From the NCBI GenBank assembly GCA_039545335.1, contig BCIN01000004.1, positions 610,925 to 674,924 of the forward strand: 64,000 nucleotides of DNA, in the 5' to 3' direction. Position numbers and translations under genes: made by a program. Origin of the DNA: Kondoa subrosea (Eukaryota). Position 1 is the stretch's first letter; each line of letters starts with the position of its first letter. Below the pieces are notes generated by a model that had not been told where the DNA came from, made no database searches, and was given only the letters and a program-made list of their open reading frames with translations. Positions 40,333 to 53,800 of this stretch are shown in pieces.

Positions 40333-40440
40333 AACGAACAATCCCTCTCCTTCAGTGGTATGCCTGCTCTGTGATATAATCCAGATCAAGCCCGGGAATA
40401 ATTTGGTTGCAGGTCAAGCATTGTTAATTCCCAAACGAGC

Positions 40441-43400
40441 ATGACACAACTGGATACCCCAAGCATAGATGAGACCCTCTATGCTCTGTCTATACCTGAT
40501 GATTTCTCATTTCCCTTCACTCCATACCCTATCCAACTCGATCTCATGAAACATGTCTTCACCTCAATCGAGAGCAAGAAGGTTCCTCTCTTTCTTTCTT
40601 CCTCGTCTCTTGCGTTCTTCTTTTTCATTCCGATTTTGAACGCTTAGGTTGCGATTGTGGAATCACCTACTGGAACAGGCAAATCGCTCTCTTTGATCTG
40701 TGCTACTCTATCATGGATACAACTGAATCAAGAACGTATTCAGAATGCGGTCATGGCTGATCTGCATTCAAGATTACAAGAGTCAATGCCTGATGAACCA
40801 GCTTGGGTGATTCGCAAAGAAGTAGAGAGTGAGTTTTGTTTCTTCACACGCGGCTTCATGATTACTAATCAGGATGCGGCTACAGGGAAACAAAGGGAGT
40901 TGCAAGCTGCTGAAAACGCTTTAGAAGGAAGATTAGTTACTATTCGAGAAAAGGAGAAACAAGCGAAAGCTCGTGCTCAACATGTTCGCAAGAAACAGGT
41001 CATATCTGTTCCTTTCTTTGCTATATTGAGAGGGTCTGACTCATACTATTAGAAAACAAGTCATCCTCCGCAGTCGAAAGATAAAGAGGAAGAAAACGAT
41101 TCTGATTTCGCACTTGAAGACTTAGCGGATGAAGACCCGGGAGATGGAATTTCTCCTCAAGTCAGAGCTTTGATGAAGAAGTATGTACTACTGGTTTGAC
41201 AGGGTCTTACTTTGCTGAGAGCTGTTATAGATTTCGACATGGACCTACTCAAGTTGAAGATGAAGAACCGACTACAACAAAGATCTACTATGCAAGTCGG
41301 ACTCATTCGTAAGCTCTTGTCACATGTAACAGGTCGAACAGCGCTGAGTCCCTGGATAGCCAGCTTTCCCAATTTATGAATGAAATTCGCAAGACTAAAT
41401 ATGCGTCAATGAGAGCTGTTCCGCTATCCGGCCGAGGAAATCTGTGCATCAATGATCAATTGAAAAGTAGCTGTCGATCAAACGAAGAACTCAACGAGCG
41501 ATGTCTAGATTTACAAAAGAAGGGTAAGCACTTTCTCCAAAGCTTTCATCCTATAACAAAGTTGACTTTCTTTAGCAGGCGCACAACGTTGTGAATTATT
41601 ACCACCTCATGACGAACCAGAGCTTTTAGATGAGTTTCGTGATGAGATATTTGCTACCATCCATACGGTAGAAGATATGGAAGATCTCGGTCGAACAAAG
41701 AAAGTATGCCCTTATTATGGTTCACGGCGTGGTATCAAGCAAGCTCAGGTGCGCTTACTGTATTTCTTCTTGTACAGCTGCTTATTATAAAGACAGCTTG
41801 TTGCATTGCCGTATCAAATGATCTTATCAAAGGAGTCTAGAGAATCGCTCGGCATATCTCTTGAGGGGTATGTCTATACCACTTTTTAGTAAGATGCTCA
41901 TTAGAGAATCATAGACAGGTTGTCTGCATTGACGAAGCTCATGCCCTCATCGATACTATTCTAGCTTCGCACAGTATCGCTTTACCTTCCTTCGCTATAA
42001 CGAACGCTCTTTCATGCCTTACGCTCTATCAGAATCGATTCAAAAATGTACTCAAAGGTGTCAATGCTGCTTATCTGAACCAGTTTATCGTTGTTCTTAC
42101 TCGGTTGGACAACTTATGCAAAGAATGGATAGTCAAGCGCACAGATAGCACAGCCAAATTGCCTACTGAAGAAGTCAAGACTACAACTGAGTTAGTTGGA
42201 TTGCTTAAATTGGATCAATTACCTGTGCATAAATTGGTCAATTGGACAAAGGAGCAGAAGATAGCCAGAAAGGTGTCTGGCTATTCGGAGAATTTAGCCA
42301 GAAAAGAAGAGAAAAAGAAAGACGCTACTCGTCAGTACCTTCGCCATAGCAATATCATTGACTACTGACAACTGTGGTCAGAAAAGAAGCAAATTCGATT
42401 AGCTAATGTTGCTGTCTTTCATCGCCTGCAAGCTTTTCTTCTCTCGCTTGCTGATCTAGAGAAGAATGGTCGAGTTATCTTTTCTTATGTGCCAGCAAAC
42501 AAGACCAGCGCTGCTTCAGTGACCCTGAAGTACATGTTGCTCAATCCGGAAGACGCTTTTCGTGATCTGGTCCTGCAAGCAAGAAGTGTAATTCTAGCCG
42601 GTGGTACGATGAGCCCGCTCAAAGACTTCGACGATCAACTCTTCAGCTATCTTCCGCCTGATCGACTCAATCATCTGATATGCGGTCATGTTGTGCCCAA
42701 AGATCATATCCTCGTTCGCACCCTTGGTGTAGGCTGTGCGAACTCGAAGATGGAATTCAAGTTTGAGCAAAGAGGAAACATGACTTTGCTCGATGAACTT
42801 GGTCAAAGCTTGCAAAACCTCAGCAATGTTGTCGCGAACGGAATGGTTGTCTTTGTCCCGTCATATTCATTCTTGGATTCAATACTTGCTCGATGGACTG
42901 AAACCGGTCTATTAACTCGCTTGAACAAGAAGAAGAAGACTTTTTCAGAACCCAAAAGTGGTGCCGAAACAGAAACTGTCTTACAAGTCTACTCTGCTGC
43001 AGCCTCTTCGAGCGGTGCTATATTGTTTGCTGTTATCGGAGCCAAATTGAGTGAAGGGATCAACTTCAGTAATGAGCTGTGTCGCATGTATGTGGTTCGG
43101 CATTTGCCTGGGCAACTGCTGATCAGCATACAACTCAGGGTGTTGGTGATCTCTATTCCCTTTGCCAATGCAAACAGTATCGACTTGAAAGAGAGAATGG
43201 ATTATGTTAGCAATCTAGCAAAGTCGCAACCAGACAATCAACGCCAAGGCGATGCCGGTCGGGCTCTATGTGTGTGGCTTTTTCTCTCTCAGTGTCTCAT
43301 GCTCACTATGCTCTCAAGACACAAATTTGGCTTTCAGAGCAGTCAACCAGGCAATCGGTCGAGCGATACGCCATGCACGCGACTGGAGTGCAATTGTACT

Positions 43401-43596
43401 GCTAGATGCTCGCTATGGCAAGCCCGGATCGCAAGCATTGCTGCCGAAATGGATATCTGCTGAACTCAAGGTTGCTTCTACATTTGGTGAACTGATCAAA
43501 GGTAGATGCAGCACTCGCTATCTCGGACTTAAGATGTTGAATCTCTATGAAGATACTGCCAGTTTCATGCGACAGCGAAAAGCTGCTCTGCCATAA
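40441..43596 (+). CDS. CHL1: DDX11/Chl1 Fe-S DNA helicase
   Basis: FSFPFTPYPIQLDLM, ESPTGTGKSLSL, IYYASRTHSQL, CPYYGSR, IDEAH, LKYMLLNP, ILAGGTMSP, GAKLSEGINFS, AVNQAIGRAIRHARDW. Confidence 0.95.
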
Positions 43597-44198
43597 GCTC
43601 TGCCCCAAGTGGCACCATTCGGTGCACAGCGACAGCTGACGGTATGTCCTCAACAGATACTGCAAGAACTAGGTAGTCTGGAGGATTGAGTTGCGAAAAG
43701 GATGAAGCTGATGTGATGTAAAGTTTGTCAGCACGGCTTTTTGAACGTTGCAGAGATTCATTTCAGAGTGCTGTAAAATACGTAGCATACATTTGCAGTC
43801 GGCACTATTCTTTTATTGCTTGTGTCGCTCTGTCATGTGTCCATTCGGTGTGGGTGGTACTAGGTCCCGAAACTGACGGCGACTCAATACTTGGATGTTG
43901 ACTCTGTTTTGCGAAGCTTAACTTTCGTGGCCGCTTTTGAAACCTTCCCTTCGTTTGCGACAGTATCCTCAGACTCACTGCATTTCCTCTGAATCCCTTT
44001 ATGGTCCGGTCAAATTCCATGAATTCCATACATACAATCTCTGCAGAACGTGGCTTGATTATGAATGAGAAGAAAGGCCTCAATCTGGACGCATTCTTCT
44101 TTGACCTGAGCAGCGTCTGCTTGCACAACCTAACAACAGTTCGTGCGCTCTGTCGTGCACGAGAGGCATACTGAAATATCATATAGCATCCGATGAAC

Positions 44199-44776
44199 AT
44201 GGAATTCAGAGAGCAGGAAGCAGGAGTAACATCAGGAGAAGCTTCACTATCGGACGCATCTAGCGTCTCTCAAGTGAGCTTTCTCAAGCCAAGCCTTTCA
44301 TGGTAATTGGCATCTCATTCGAACTGGAATGGACAGCTACCAAGATCCGATGTGCGTATGGTGAGAATCGGCGATGAAGTATACTGATTCGATGCTATAG
44401 AGCTCCGCCCTTGGTAACTTGGCGGACCTACGCATCACCAACTCAAGACCTATGTCCTCCGTAGGCATATCTGTTATTGCTCCTTTCCTTGACTAAAACT
44501 GTCTGCAGGTGAGGCAAGGACAAAGTCAAAGTGCTGGAATACCTTCTTCATTCTGTCCGTCGCGTTCTTAAAGCCCTTGAGTTTCGTGCTTATTACAATT
44601 CAGCATCCGACTCTTTGGCGGCCGCCGACCGACAGCGGGAAACCAATGAAGCAATAGAAGGCGTTAAGCAGCAATTCAACGGACTTGAGATGAGGGTATC
44701 CAAAATTGAGGAGGAAGTCAAGGACGTGAAAGCTCTTCTGCAGAGGGTTTTGGACAGATTGGATAGCCTTTTCTGA
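44199..44776 (+). CDS. Small hypothetical protein with C-terminal coiled coil
   Basis: Five exons splice in frame via four GT-AG introns: MEFREQEAG..SVSQ|LPRSD|SSALG..PMSS|VRQGQ..SF|SSDSLAAADRQRETNEAIEGVKQQFNGLEMRVSKIEEEVKDVKALLQRVLDRLDSLF. Confidence 0.6.
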
Positions 44777-44922
44777 AATGCGATACTTTGACAGCTGACC
44801 TGACAAGACGGTCGAGTTTTTAACTCAGACCTCCTTTGCCCATCGCATGCATAGTGCATGCATGTCATATGTGGGTATTGGCAGTTTTACAATAGCTCGG
44901 CAATGCTTGTTTTCTCACAGCG

Positions 44923-46067
44923 ATGTCTGCACCACAATACAAAATACCTGCAGCTACTGTGAATGATCCTACTGTGGTCTTAGGCAAGAGCACGGCGGGC
45001 AAGGGCAAGAAGCCTCGTCTGTTCGAAATTGCAAGACTCGCTCTATACCACAGGCTGATGTAGCCAAACTTAGCTTCAAAGATACCTGTACCACCTCAAC
45101 AAGGCTTAGGCCGTCATCTGAATACCAAAGTCGCAGATCTAGTCCGCTTTCTAAAAGTATGCTCTCGCTGGTTTCGCGTTTTCTTAGCGTTGTTACCTAT
45201 TGTCTTTGTTTCCTCTTTTCCTTCTTTCTACTCTCCTTAGGATCATCCGGATCCACATCGTCTGGAAGATTTGGCTATCAAGACCAATATCGAGGAATTG
45301 CTTTCGAATCAAGAACTGTTTGAAATCTTCAAAAACCATGAAAGAGTAGGACATGACAGCAAAGTGAATTTATGGCGCTACAAGGTCAGTCTGCTCTTCT
45401 GATCCTGTTTGCAGGTTATGGCTGATTAGCGGTCGACAGCCTGATCACGATATTCGAACCAAAGATGATTTACTCGCTGTTGTTCGTCGCTATCAGAACA
45501 GAGGGACTATGCCAGTCAAGACGCTCAAAGAATCTTGGCCATACGCTGTCAATGCTCTGGAGGAGTTGGAAAGGCAAGGCAAAGTACTCTTGATCCGATC
45601 GAAAGAAGATGAAAAGGAAGGTGGTCAGCTCAAAGCGGTCTTCTATGATAGCGTGGGACAAGTCGAAAGGGTAGATAAAGGTGGGTTCAAGCGACTCTGC
45701 GCAAAGTGTACTGATTGTGTCTGTGTTCGCTTGGTACATCACAGAGTTTCGTGATCTTTGGCATACTTTGGCGACGCCTGACGAAGTAGCTCTACCTCGA
45801 GAGCTCGAAGCTGGTTCGTAGTCACGCCAGTTCCTTTAGCTATTCTCATACTTGTGTCAGAGGGATTACGAGCTACTCAACAAGAACAGATCGCACCTTC
45901 ATCTGGGCCAGCAAAGAAAAAGAAACGAGCTGGTAGTCGAAAAGTCAAGATCACCAACACCCATTTGGAAGGCATCGATTTGACCAAAGGTGCGTTGTCT
46001 CGTCCGAATTGTAAGTATCCAGCTCATCATTTATCTAGACTATGTCGCGCCGAAAAAGAAGGGCTAA
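44923..46067 (+). CDS. TFA2: Transcription initiation factor TFIIE beta subunit
   Basis: LWRYKPDHDIRTKDDLL, MPVKTLKESWP..LEELERQGKVLLIR, VDKEFRDLW, KVKITNTHLEGIDLTKDY. Confidence 0.92.
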
Positions 46068-46148
46068 TCTGTATTTCGTCTTGAGCATTGCACATAACAC
46101 TTCATTTGAGCATTGCATTTACATATGATACCTCTTTTATGCCTGGAT

Positions 46149-47508
46149 TTATCTAGCTCCAGCCGCCTGAGTAGCTGAACATTGACCGCCGGTAAATGCA
46201 GAAGAGGATGAGCAATAAGTACATGATGCTGTCGGTTTCGCGTCTGCCAGGGTAGCGATACAAACTCCAGCAGTTGCTCCAGCTTAACCAAAGCAATAAG
46301 ACATTTTCCAAAAACAGAGTTGGAGATGAACTGACCAGGCGGAGATGTGCAAACACTAGCTGCGCATGTATATAAACAGGCTTTATTGTCTCCACACTTC
46401 TGTTGAACTGCTAGTAAGCCAGATATAGAAGTACACTCCGCTTCCGCGGGTGAACATGGAACAGTAGCTGTTCCTACTGCTGTGGGACCATCTTTGCCTA
46501 CAACATTGTTTGCAGAACTACTTGCAGCAGGCAGGGATGTAGTAGTGCTCGAAGAAGTGCAAATCGTGCTACTAGCCAAAGAGAAACCCGATGCCTGTTT
46601 CTGAGTAAGTAGGAATTCGTAAAATGTAGAAAAAAGAAAGACGCACTCGGCAGGTATAAACACAAGCACTTTTACTATTCTCCAAGACAGTGCATCCGAC
46701 AGGCCAAAGATCTCCGATGGAGTAAGAAGCAGTACATCTTTCTCCATTCACTTCATTTGGAGGTAGACCACCGCAACAATAGACATTGGCTACGTCTCCG
46801 CATGAAGCTGGATCGAATTTGTCGCCCGGTTTGCGAGTTGGCTGAGGAGGACTAGAAGAAGCTGGACTAGCAGAAGAAAGCACTGGAGACGAAGTCGGCG
46901 AGGATGCAGGTGGTGGTGCTACTACAGGTGCTGGATTTGGTGTAACAGGAACAGGAGCAGGCAGGGGAGTTTGAGTCTGGCAAGGAAAGAACATTAGATC
47001 TAACTCTTAAGTCGCTCGCATGATAATGTACCTTAGTAATGATCATCGGTACTACTTCTACCCATTCACTTGTATAGACCTGATTTACAGCATTTGGTCC
47101 ATCCCCTGCTTGACTACGTATATCTTTCAGCCAAATAACTCAGAGTTCAAAGAGCAGAATTAGTACATACGCAGTGATGACAGCTTTCTTCGAAGTAGCT
47201 GAACTGGTAGTAATGATCTCAACTTGACCGCCTTGTTGAGCGGATTTCAGATTCTGGCAAGAAGCAGCAGCTCGTTTCCTTAAACCGGGAGTCTTCAATT
47301 CAGGATGTCTTTGACCCAAGAAAAGACTCGAGATGATCATAGACAATATAGCGACGACGAGAGACAGAGCAAAGCTTCGAACATGTTTTCGTTCGGAGCG
47401 TCTTTCTGCTAATCGTTGAAAGACAGCGGCTTTCTCTTGTTCGGTGATCTTGAGCTCGGGTGAAAGAAGAGGAGATGTAGAGCTTGCATGAAATTCCATA
47501 GCTACCAT
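46149..47508 (-). CDS. Cys-rich, Pro/Ser/Thr-rich surface or secreted protein with N-terminal TM segment
   Basis: TM SFALSLVVAILSMIISSLFLG, then RKR, Pro/Ser stalk and repeated ACVYTC / ACLYTC / SCTYC motifs; last exon ends ..GGQCSATQAAGAR*. Confidence 0.7.
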
Positions 47509-47731
47509 ATAGCGTAAGGAAGAAACAGAAACAGACGAGAGACATGAATCAACGGAACAAAGGGAACCACTTGAATTGCACTGCAAACGCTAGCCTAGTA
47601 GCAATACTCTCCAACGACCTAGAAGTCATAATGGAGTGCTCGGAAAGCCAAAGTATGTGCGATGAGTTGGTTGCCATTTTGAGCAAGACGAGCTTCTCTC
47701 GCAGCAACCGAGTCTTGTGTAGTGCGCAGTC

Positions 47732-50676
47732 ATGGCAGGCAACGGTGCAAGCTTCTCTCCTGAGGCCTATAGCAATGCCTTCCTAGTCAGTGCATCTAGG
47801 TCGTCGCTAGACCCCAGACTGACGTCCTTTATGCACTTTTCGGGGAATAACAGCAAGATCGACCCAAAGCCGCTGTAGCGAGCGTTACTGGTCGTACCAG
47901 AAGAGGTGAACTCATTGCTACATCCCTCGCAACACACTTTGCCGAGCGAGCCGCAATTGAAGAACAATATGCGAGATCACTTCAGAAGCTGGCTAGGAAG
48001 GCTATAATACCTGAATCGTATGGATTGAATGACTCGCCTGCTTCGAGTACATGGACAACTGTGCAATCTGGCTTGGAGCAAGAGTTGGAAGATGTCATTA
48101 GGTTGCATGACAGCTTCAGTACAAAATTGCAAGAGCAGGTGGTGAATAATTTGAGGGACAAGGCGAGAGCAGGAGATTCTGCTCTGAGATCAAGCGAGAA
48201 CACTGTCAATTCGCTGGTGAAAGATTATGAGGATGCAATGGGTCGCATGTCAAAAGTAGGCTAGGTTGTACGACCCAGCTCTTGTCAATACTCAGATTGC
48301 CTAATTCTACAGGCCCAAAGTAAAGGATCAGCTTCATCAAAAATGCAGTTAAGTCAGTACGATGTGAGCGAAGCGCAAACAGCATGGCTACAACAAGGTC
48401 CTGCCTTCCTATCTACGCACCAAGCAGTCGATCGATCACGTTTGGAAGGCATCAAAGAGAACTTAGCCAAATATCAGACCATGTGCAATGATCTAGGAAG
48501 GGACCGAATGGAACTAGCTGAAAGAGGTCTAGTTAGCATCTTCGGATGGGAAATTGACGAGGACATGAATGCCTTCCTCGCATCAGAAGGCAATCGTAAA
48601 GCTGGCCGCACTGATGGTCCCTCCCTCTCTTCCTCAACTAGAAGTTCGCTGGCTGACCCTTCTTATGCTTCACCACCTCAAACCGCTACTTCCGAGCGTA
48701 ACATTGCCCCTGCTCTAGCTCCCTCTTCTTTCCTAGCTCCTAGCGAACGCGAAGCTGCTCCTTCTATACATTCGGTAGACTCTCGATCAAAATCAGGCAA
48801 ATCTGGGGGTCTCTTCTCTTCCTTCAAAAAGAAAGTCAAACCAGGAATGAATCGAGCTCGTTCTTCGTCCCAAGGCAATTCATATGGAAATCTTGATACT
48901 TCTGCTTCTTCTCCTGCTCGACAAATTCAGCAATCTTCCCAAAATAATTACTCGGCTGCAGGACAAGATGAACAAGAATCACTCTCCAATAGAGCTCAGT
49001 CCACTGATTCGACTGACTATCCTGCACCATCCACGAGCAGCAAAAGAAGTTCTTTCTTGCCCGGTATGATGAGAAGAAAGAGTGTTTCCAAACAACAACC
49101 ACCTGCACCTATTAGAGCTGGTAGTTCTAGGGCAGGTGGTCTATTGAGTCCTCCTATCGAATCGCCTAGGACCACAGAACATGAAGATCTTACACCTACT
49201 CCAACAAGGGAAAGCACCAATCCTTTCAATCGACCCACGAGTATGTTTGTCAACGGCTCTAGTCAACCTCAGGACGCTTCTGCAAGTGGGGCAGGTGAAG
49301 TGGATGCGGAAGGATTCAGCGTACCTCCTGCAAATCATGACCGAAGCCCTTGGGAGTCAAATAACGGTTCAATGTCATTAATGGACGATGACGATGATAT
49401 GCCCACTGCTGCTGCCAGGTTAGCTGTTTCGATCGATTACTGACAGTCTAGTCTGATCATGTTTGCTGCTAGTCCCTTACCGAAACTCAATATGGATATC
49501 GCTCAACCTTCTGCACCGGTCGATAATGAACGACCAGAAGATAGACAAGCTGCTCTTCTTTCCGTTCAGAATACTTTACTATCGGGCGGATCATCTGCTG
49601 CCAACCTAAATCGAAACAAAACAAGAGGTCGAAGAGATGTTCGAGCCAGCACGCTCAATACAAGCAGTAATGATGATATGCCACTATCAAGAGTTGTTGA
49701 AATGCAGCAAGCTAACATCAACAACGGTGGTACTACTGCAAGCTCACCAGACTCGATAGCTTATGCTACTCCTTCTTCGATGTCGCCTGTGACACCTCAT
49801 TCTGGTCTACTATCAGGTCGATCCATGAGCGTTCTGTCTGCTTCTTCCTCTCACATATCACCTTCTACTCAAGCTGGTGGCATGCTTTCTGATCCAACCG
49901 GTACTGGCCTACGAGGAGTTATTACCGAATCAGTCAACGTTTTAGCGAAAGCTGGTACACCTTCTAGAGTTATGATCACTGGCGAACTCTCTCTCCTTCT
50001 GAAAGGTTCAGCAGACGAATCACTGCATATCCGGATCAATGGCTTCTCGGCATTGGAGAAATCTGCGCCCAATACTCAATTTCTTCGAGCTGTACCAGAA
50101 ACACCTGGCGATTTCATCGTCAATGCATCAAGTCTTTCTTCTGTTTCTCAGAATGGATCAGCTACTGTCGTATTGAGATATCAAGTCAACGTTCCACAAT
50201 CTCAAGCTGAAGACTACGTGCCGCTCAAAGTCACACCTCAATGGAAGACGGAAGCGAGTCAAACGTCATTGTTGGTCAATTATTCAGCTAACTCAGCTTG
50301 CCGATTTATCAATGCATCTTCATCACCATTCGAAACAGAAGCCGATTCAGCTACACTTCGTGAACTTGCTTTTGTTATTCCAGTCACCTCAGATGGAGTC
50401 AATAACGTCCAATCAAAACCTTTGGCTTTATATTCAAGCGAGAAGAAACGCTTGTTATGGAAATTGGATGACCTGGAAATGGATTCAGCTTCACCTCAAA
50501 AAGCTTTGGCACGATTTTCCGTCGAGAGTCAAAGCCTGCCTCAACCTGTTGCTGTCAAATGGAAGGTCACTGGGAGACTCGTTAGTGGTATCAAACTGGA
50601 AGTGATGGATTCGGCTACACAAGTTGAGGAAACGGCTTGTATGGTTGTAGCAGGAAAATACCTGGTATCTAATTGA
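47732..50676 (+). CDS. SYP1: Muniscin endocytic adaptor (F-BAR plus mu-homology domain)
   Basis: AYSNAFL..HFAERAAIEEQYARSLQKL (F-BAR), AVDRSRLE, VDAEGFSVPP, GLRGVITESVN..MITGE..GKYL (muHD). Confidence 0.88.
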
Positions 50677-50862
50677 AGTTTGTATTAATGATCGGTGATA
50701 ATGATGTAAAAAAGTACAATATCCGTAATGCTCGAAATGGAAATGTTAAATGATCGAATAAAGCAGAAACCTCCAAATTTTTGAACGAAAGCGAAGGTCG
50801 ACCTGACGCTACAGAATTACCCTCTCTAGGCCAAAGCTAATGCTCGATGTCCTGGTCGACTT

Positions 50863-53800
50863 TTAGGCAGAGTCAGATAGCCATTGGAAGACAGTCGCAT
50901 TCTCATGAACACCTGTCAAGAAGCATAATGATGAGCGAACGCTTTGGATGTTGGAAGGTTTTTTACATACGCCTGGTGCCTCTCCGTTGTGCACTACCGG
51001 TGTCAGACCAAGCCATGTCGAGCATGTTTGCTGCACATGGGAGAGAAGCTGCGCGATACGCTTTTTACGTTGGCCCGACCTGAAAGCAAGCTGAGGTAGA
51101 TCGTAGACTTGCTCAAAGGCGAAAGCCGGCCTTGCACGGAAGACTTCGCTATCATGTGTGTCGCCGTCTCCAGTGTCGTTCGTGACAGTGATGCTGGGTC
51201 TGGTACAATCGTCCAGGCTCTTGCTTACATCGCAACTTTGTTGAGTAAAGGACGGTAATTCTTCGAATAAGACAGGATGCCGATGTTCTCCAAGCCGCAA
51301 AGGTATTGCTTGAGCTGTGTTCCCGAAAGCAATTTCATCCAGTGTGAAGTAGAGACCTAGTGAAAAGAGATGAAAGAAGAAGAGGCAGAAAAAGAAAGCG
51401 ACAAACTGTTGATGAACCCGACATGGAAGAAGCCATGTGAGCGACTTTTTTCGTCCCAAAGATTATGCGACTCGAGAAAGCGCTCGAATTGTTCTCTTGA
51501 CATTGGTTGGTAACAGATGGACGAGCGATAGAATGGCGACCAAGCTGAAGGACAGGAGGTGATAGCAGGAATGGTAGAGCGATTCCGGCGCCAGACGTCA
51601 TCAAACACGATAAACCATCTTTGGGTAATTTTGGACCGATTAATGCATGAAAGTCGCTCTTGAGTGGCTAGAACAGCAGCCGAATAGAGGTCTAGGAGAT
51701 GTCGCATATTGTCGTTCTGCTCTGACTGAAGAGCTGTTTCTAGAGCTTTGGGTGAGAGATCGTCTTCACCATGCACAGTGACGAGAAAGCCGTAAGAAAG
51801 TGTTTGAGCCTTGTGAATCGCCTTTTCCAGGTAATACTTGCGATGATAGCTCAACATATCCTTGACAGCAGACGAACGAGACTCGATAAGTACTCTGTTG
51901 GCTTTCAGCAAGCGAGCAACAACAGGTGTGAGCGAGTAATCGTCGTCAATTCCATATGCACGAGCATCAAGTTTGAGTTGGCAATTGTATTCTGTTTGCC
52001 CATTACCACGCTGGCGAACTCCTGTGCTACGCAGTGAGCGTTTACTTCCTCTGCTTCTAAGGAAAAACAAACCATCGTTGTAGACTAACGTCAGCTTGAA
52101 ACCGGAACTGAGAGCATGACCATTCCAAAGAAGAGCGGAGTTCCTCTCGATACACAAACGAGCTCGCCGAAAAGAGGTAGGACTATGCAAGCTGTAAGCA
52201 TGGCGAGATCGACTGAAGAGAGGGTATTTGCTGCCAACTTGTTGCATCTGCAGGTAAGGAGCATTGATAGTTTGGCCTTCCAAAGCACGGAGAGCTCTTC
52301 GGACATGCCGACCTTCAATGACCGCTGAACTCTGATTTTGCTGCAAATAGACTTCCAAATCTTCGGGAGAATTGATGACCTCGAATTCGCCAGCTGCTTG
52401 ATCATAGTGAAAGATGACAGCAAAAGGGAACGGGACCACATCAGCTCTGCCAAAGAAAGAAGTGACATTGCGAGAACAATTGGACCGATAATAACAGTCT
52501 GGCCCTGTATGATGCTGCATGATTGAATGTTGAATTGCTCGAAGGCGATAGGCGTCGGGAGCAATCGAGCTTGTGAGAGCGTTGGCATAATTTTCTAGTC
52601 CCACTTCGCGCAGAATCTAGGGCACACCTGAGTTTGGAAGAGGCGAATTATCGTAGGCTTACTTTGATATTCTCAACATGGCGTTCAGCGACCGTTCCGC
52701 GATAATTGAGCAAATAAGGACCGGCTCCTTCTGTCGATGCAAACTCGATCTTCTCCTTCGTAGGCATCTTAAACCGAGCTTCAGCCAAAAGAAGAGTAGT
52801 GAGGGATTCTTGCCAAACACGGCGTGCAACATGTTTTGCAAGATCTAAATTTGGCGAAAAGAGATCGATAGAGAAATCCAATCTCTTCTGTAGCTTTTTG
52901 ACAATCCTCTGGGCAAAGGCGAAGGATAGCACCGCGAACCAAGCATTGAAAGCGTAGATAGTTCCAGTGACGACAAGCAGGATCCAGCCTTTGAGCATCG
53001 AACTGTTCTTGATATCTATTGCTGCAATTAAGCCGATCATTGCGACAATCACGTAGCCGACACGTGAGATCCAATCTGAATTATTGGTTATCCGGTCCAA
53101 ATTGGGAAAAGCGACAGTTTGCAAGAGCAGAAAAGCAGTCATCATAGTAAGCTGAACGATTTGACGGATGACATCAATCTTCTGCCTCTTCTGAGTTCTG
53201 AATAAGCAGTTCTCTTTGTCGAAGATGGTTATGCATATAACATTTGCTAGTTTGACTGCCATGCTACAATATCGGGTCAGGAAATTTCCACACGCTCTTC
53301 CTCTAACTCACTAAATACTTTTGAAGCCAGACCACTGCCTGCGATAGCAGTTGTAGAGAAAGTTGAGAGCATTGTGGTCCAGCTGTAATTGGCGTTCGTA
53401 TTCTGCATCAATATCGACTCTTTTCTCTCCCATCTCGGTGTAGGCATCTACTCTCGGTACAGATTTGCCAATGACTTGCCAAAGCCGAATAGGAAAGTAA
53501 ATTGCTAGCCAAAGAACAGTCGACGCAGCTATCGGTATTATCAACCAAGCCCAATTGAAGTTGGAGAGGCCATCTTGTTTCAGCATACTTGTTGTGTAGC
53601 AGAAGTCTTTGGGCTGTCGGAGTCTTGGGCTTGTAGTATTCCCGAAATCAGGAAAGTCGGACGTTTTGTATGGATTATCGACTGCCCAGAAATCGCTACT
53701 CCACACCAAAGCCGAAATAGAAATCTTAGTGAGCGGAACGTACTGTCGCATGGTCATGAAATGATCAGTGTTAGGCAGGAGCAAAATGGACTTACCAGAG

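Noticed and set aside
10311..43596. SCC3 and CHL1 (both sister-chromatid cohesion genes) in one window
   Set aside because: They are 25 kb and many unrelated genes apart; no evidence of a cluster.
43805..44200. 131-aa minus-strand ORF between CHL1 and the small coiled-coil gene
   Set aside because: No recognisable motif; alternative spliced readings are speculative.
46081..46117. 12-bp direct repeat ttgagcattgca between convergent genes
   Set aside because: Short, two copies, non-coding; not CRISPR-like and no element lies between the copies.
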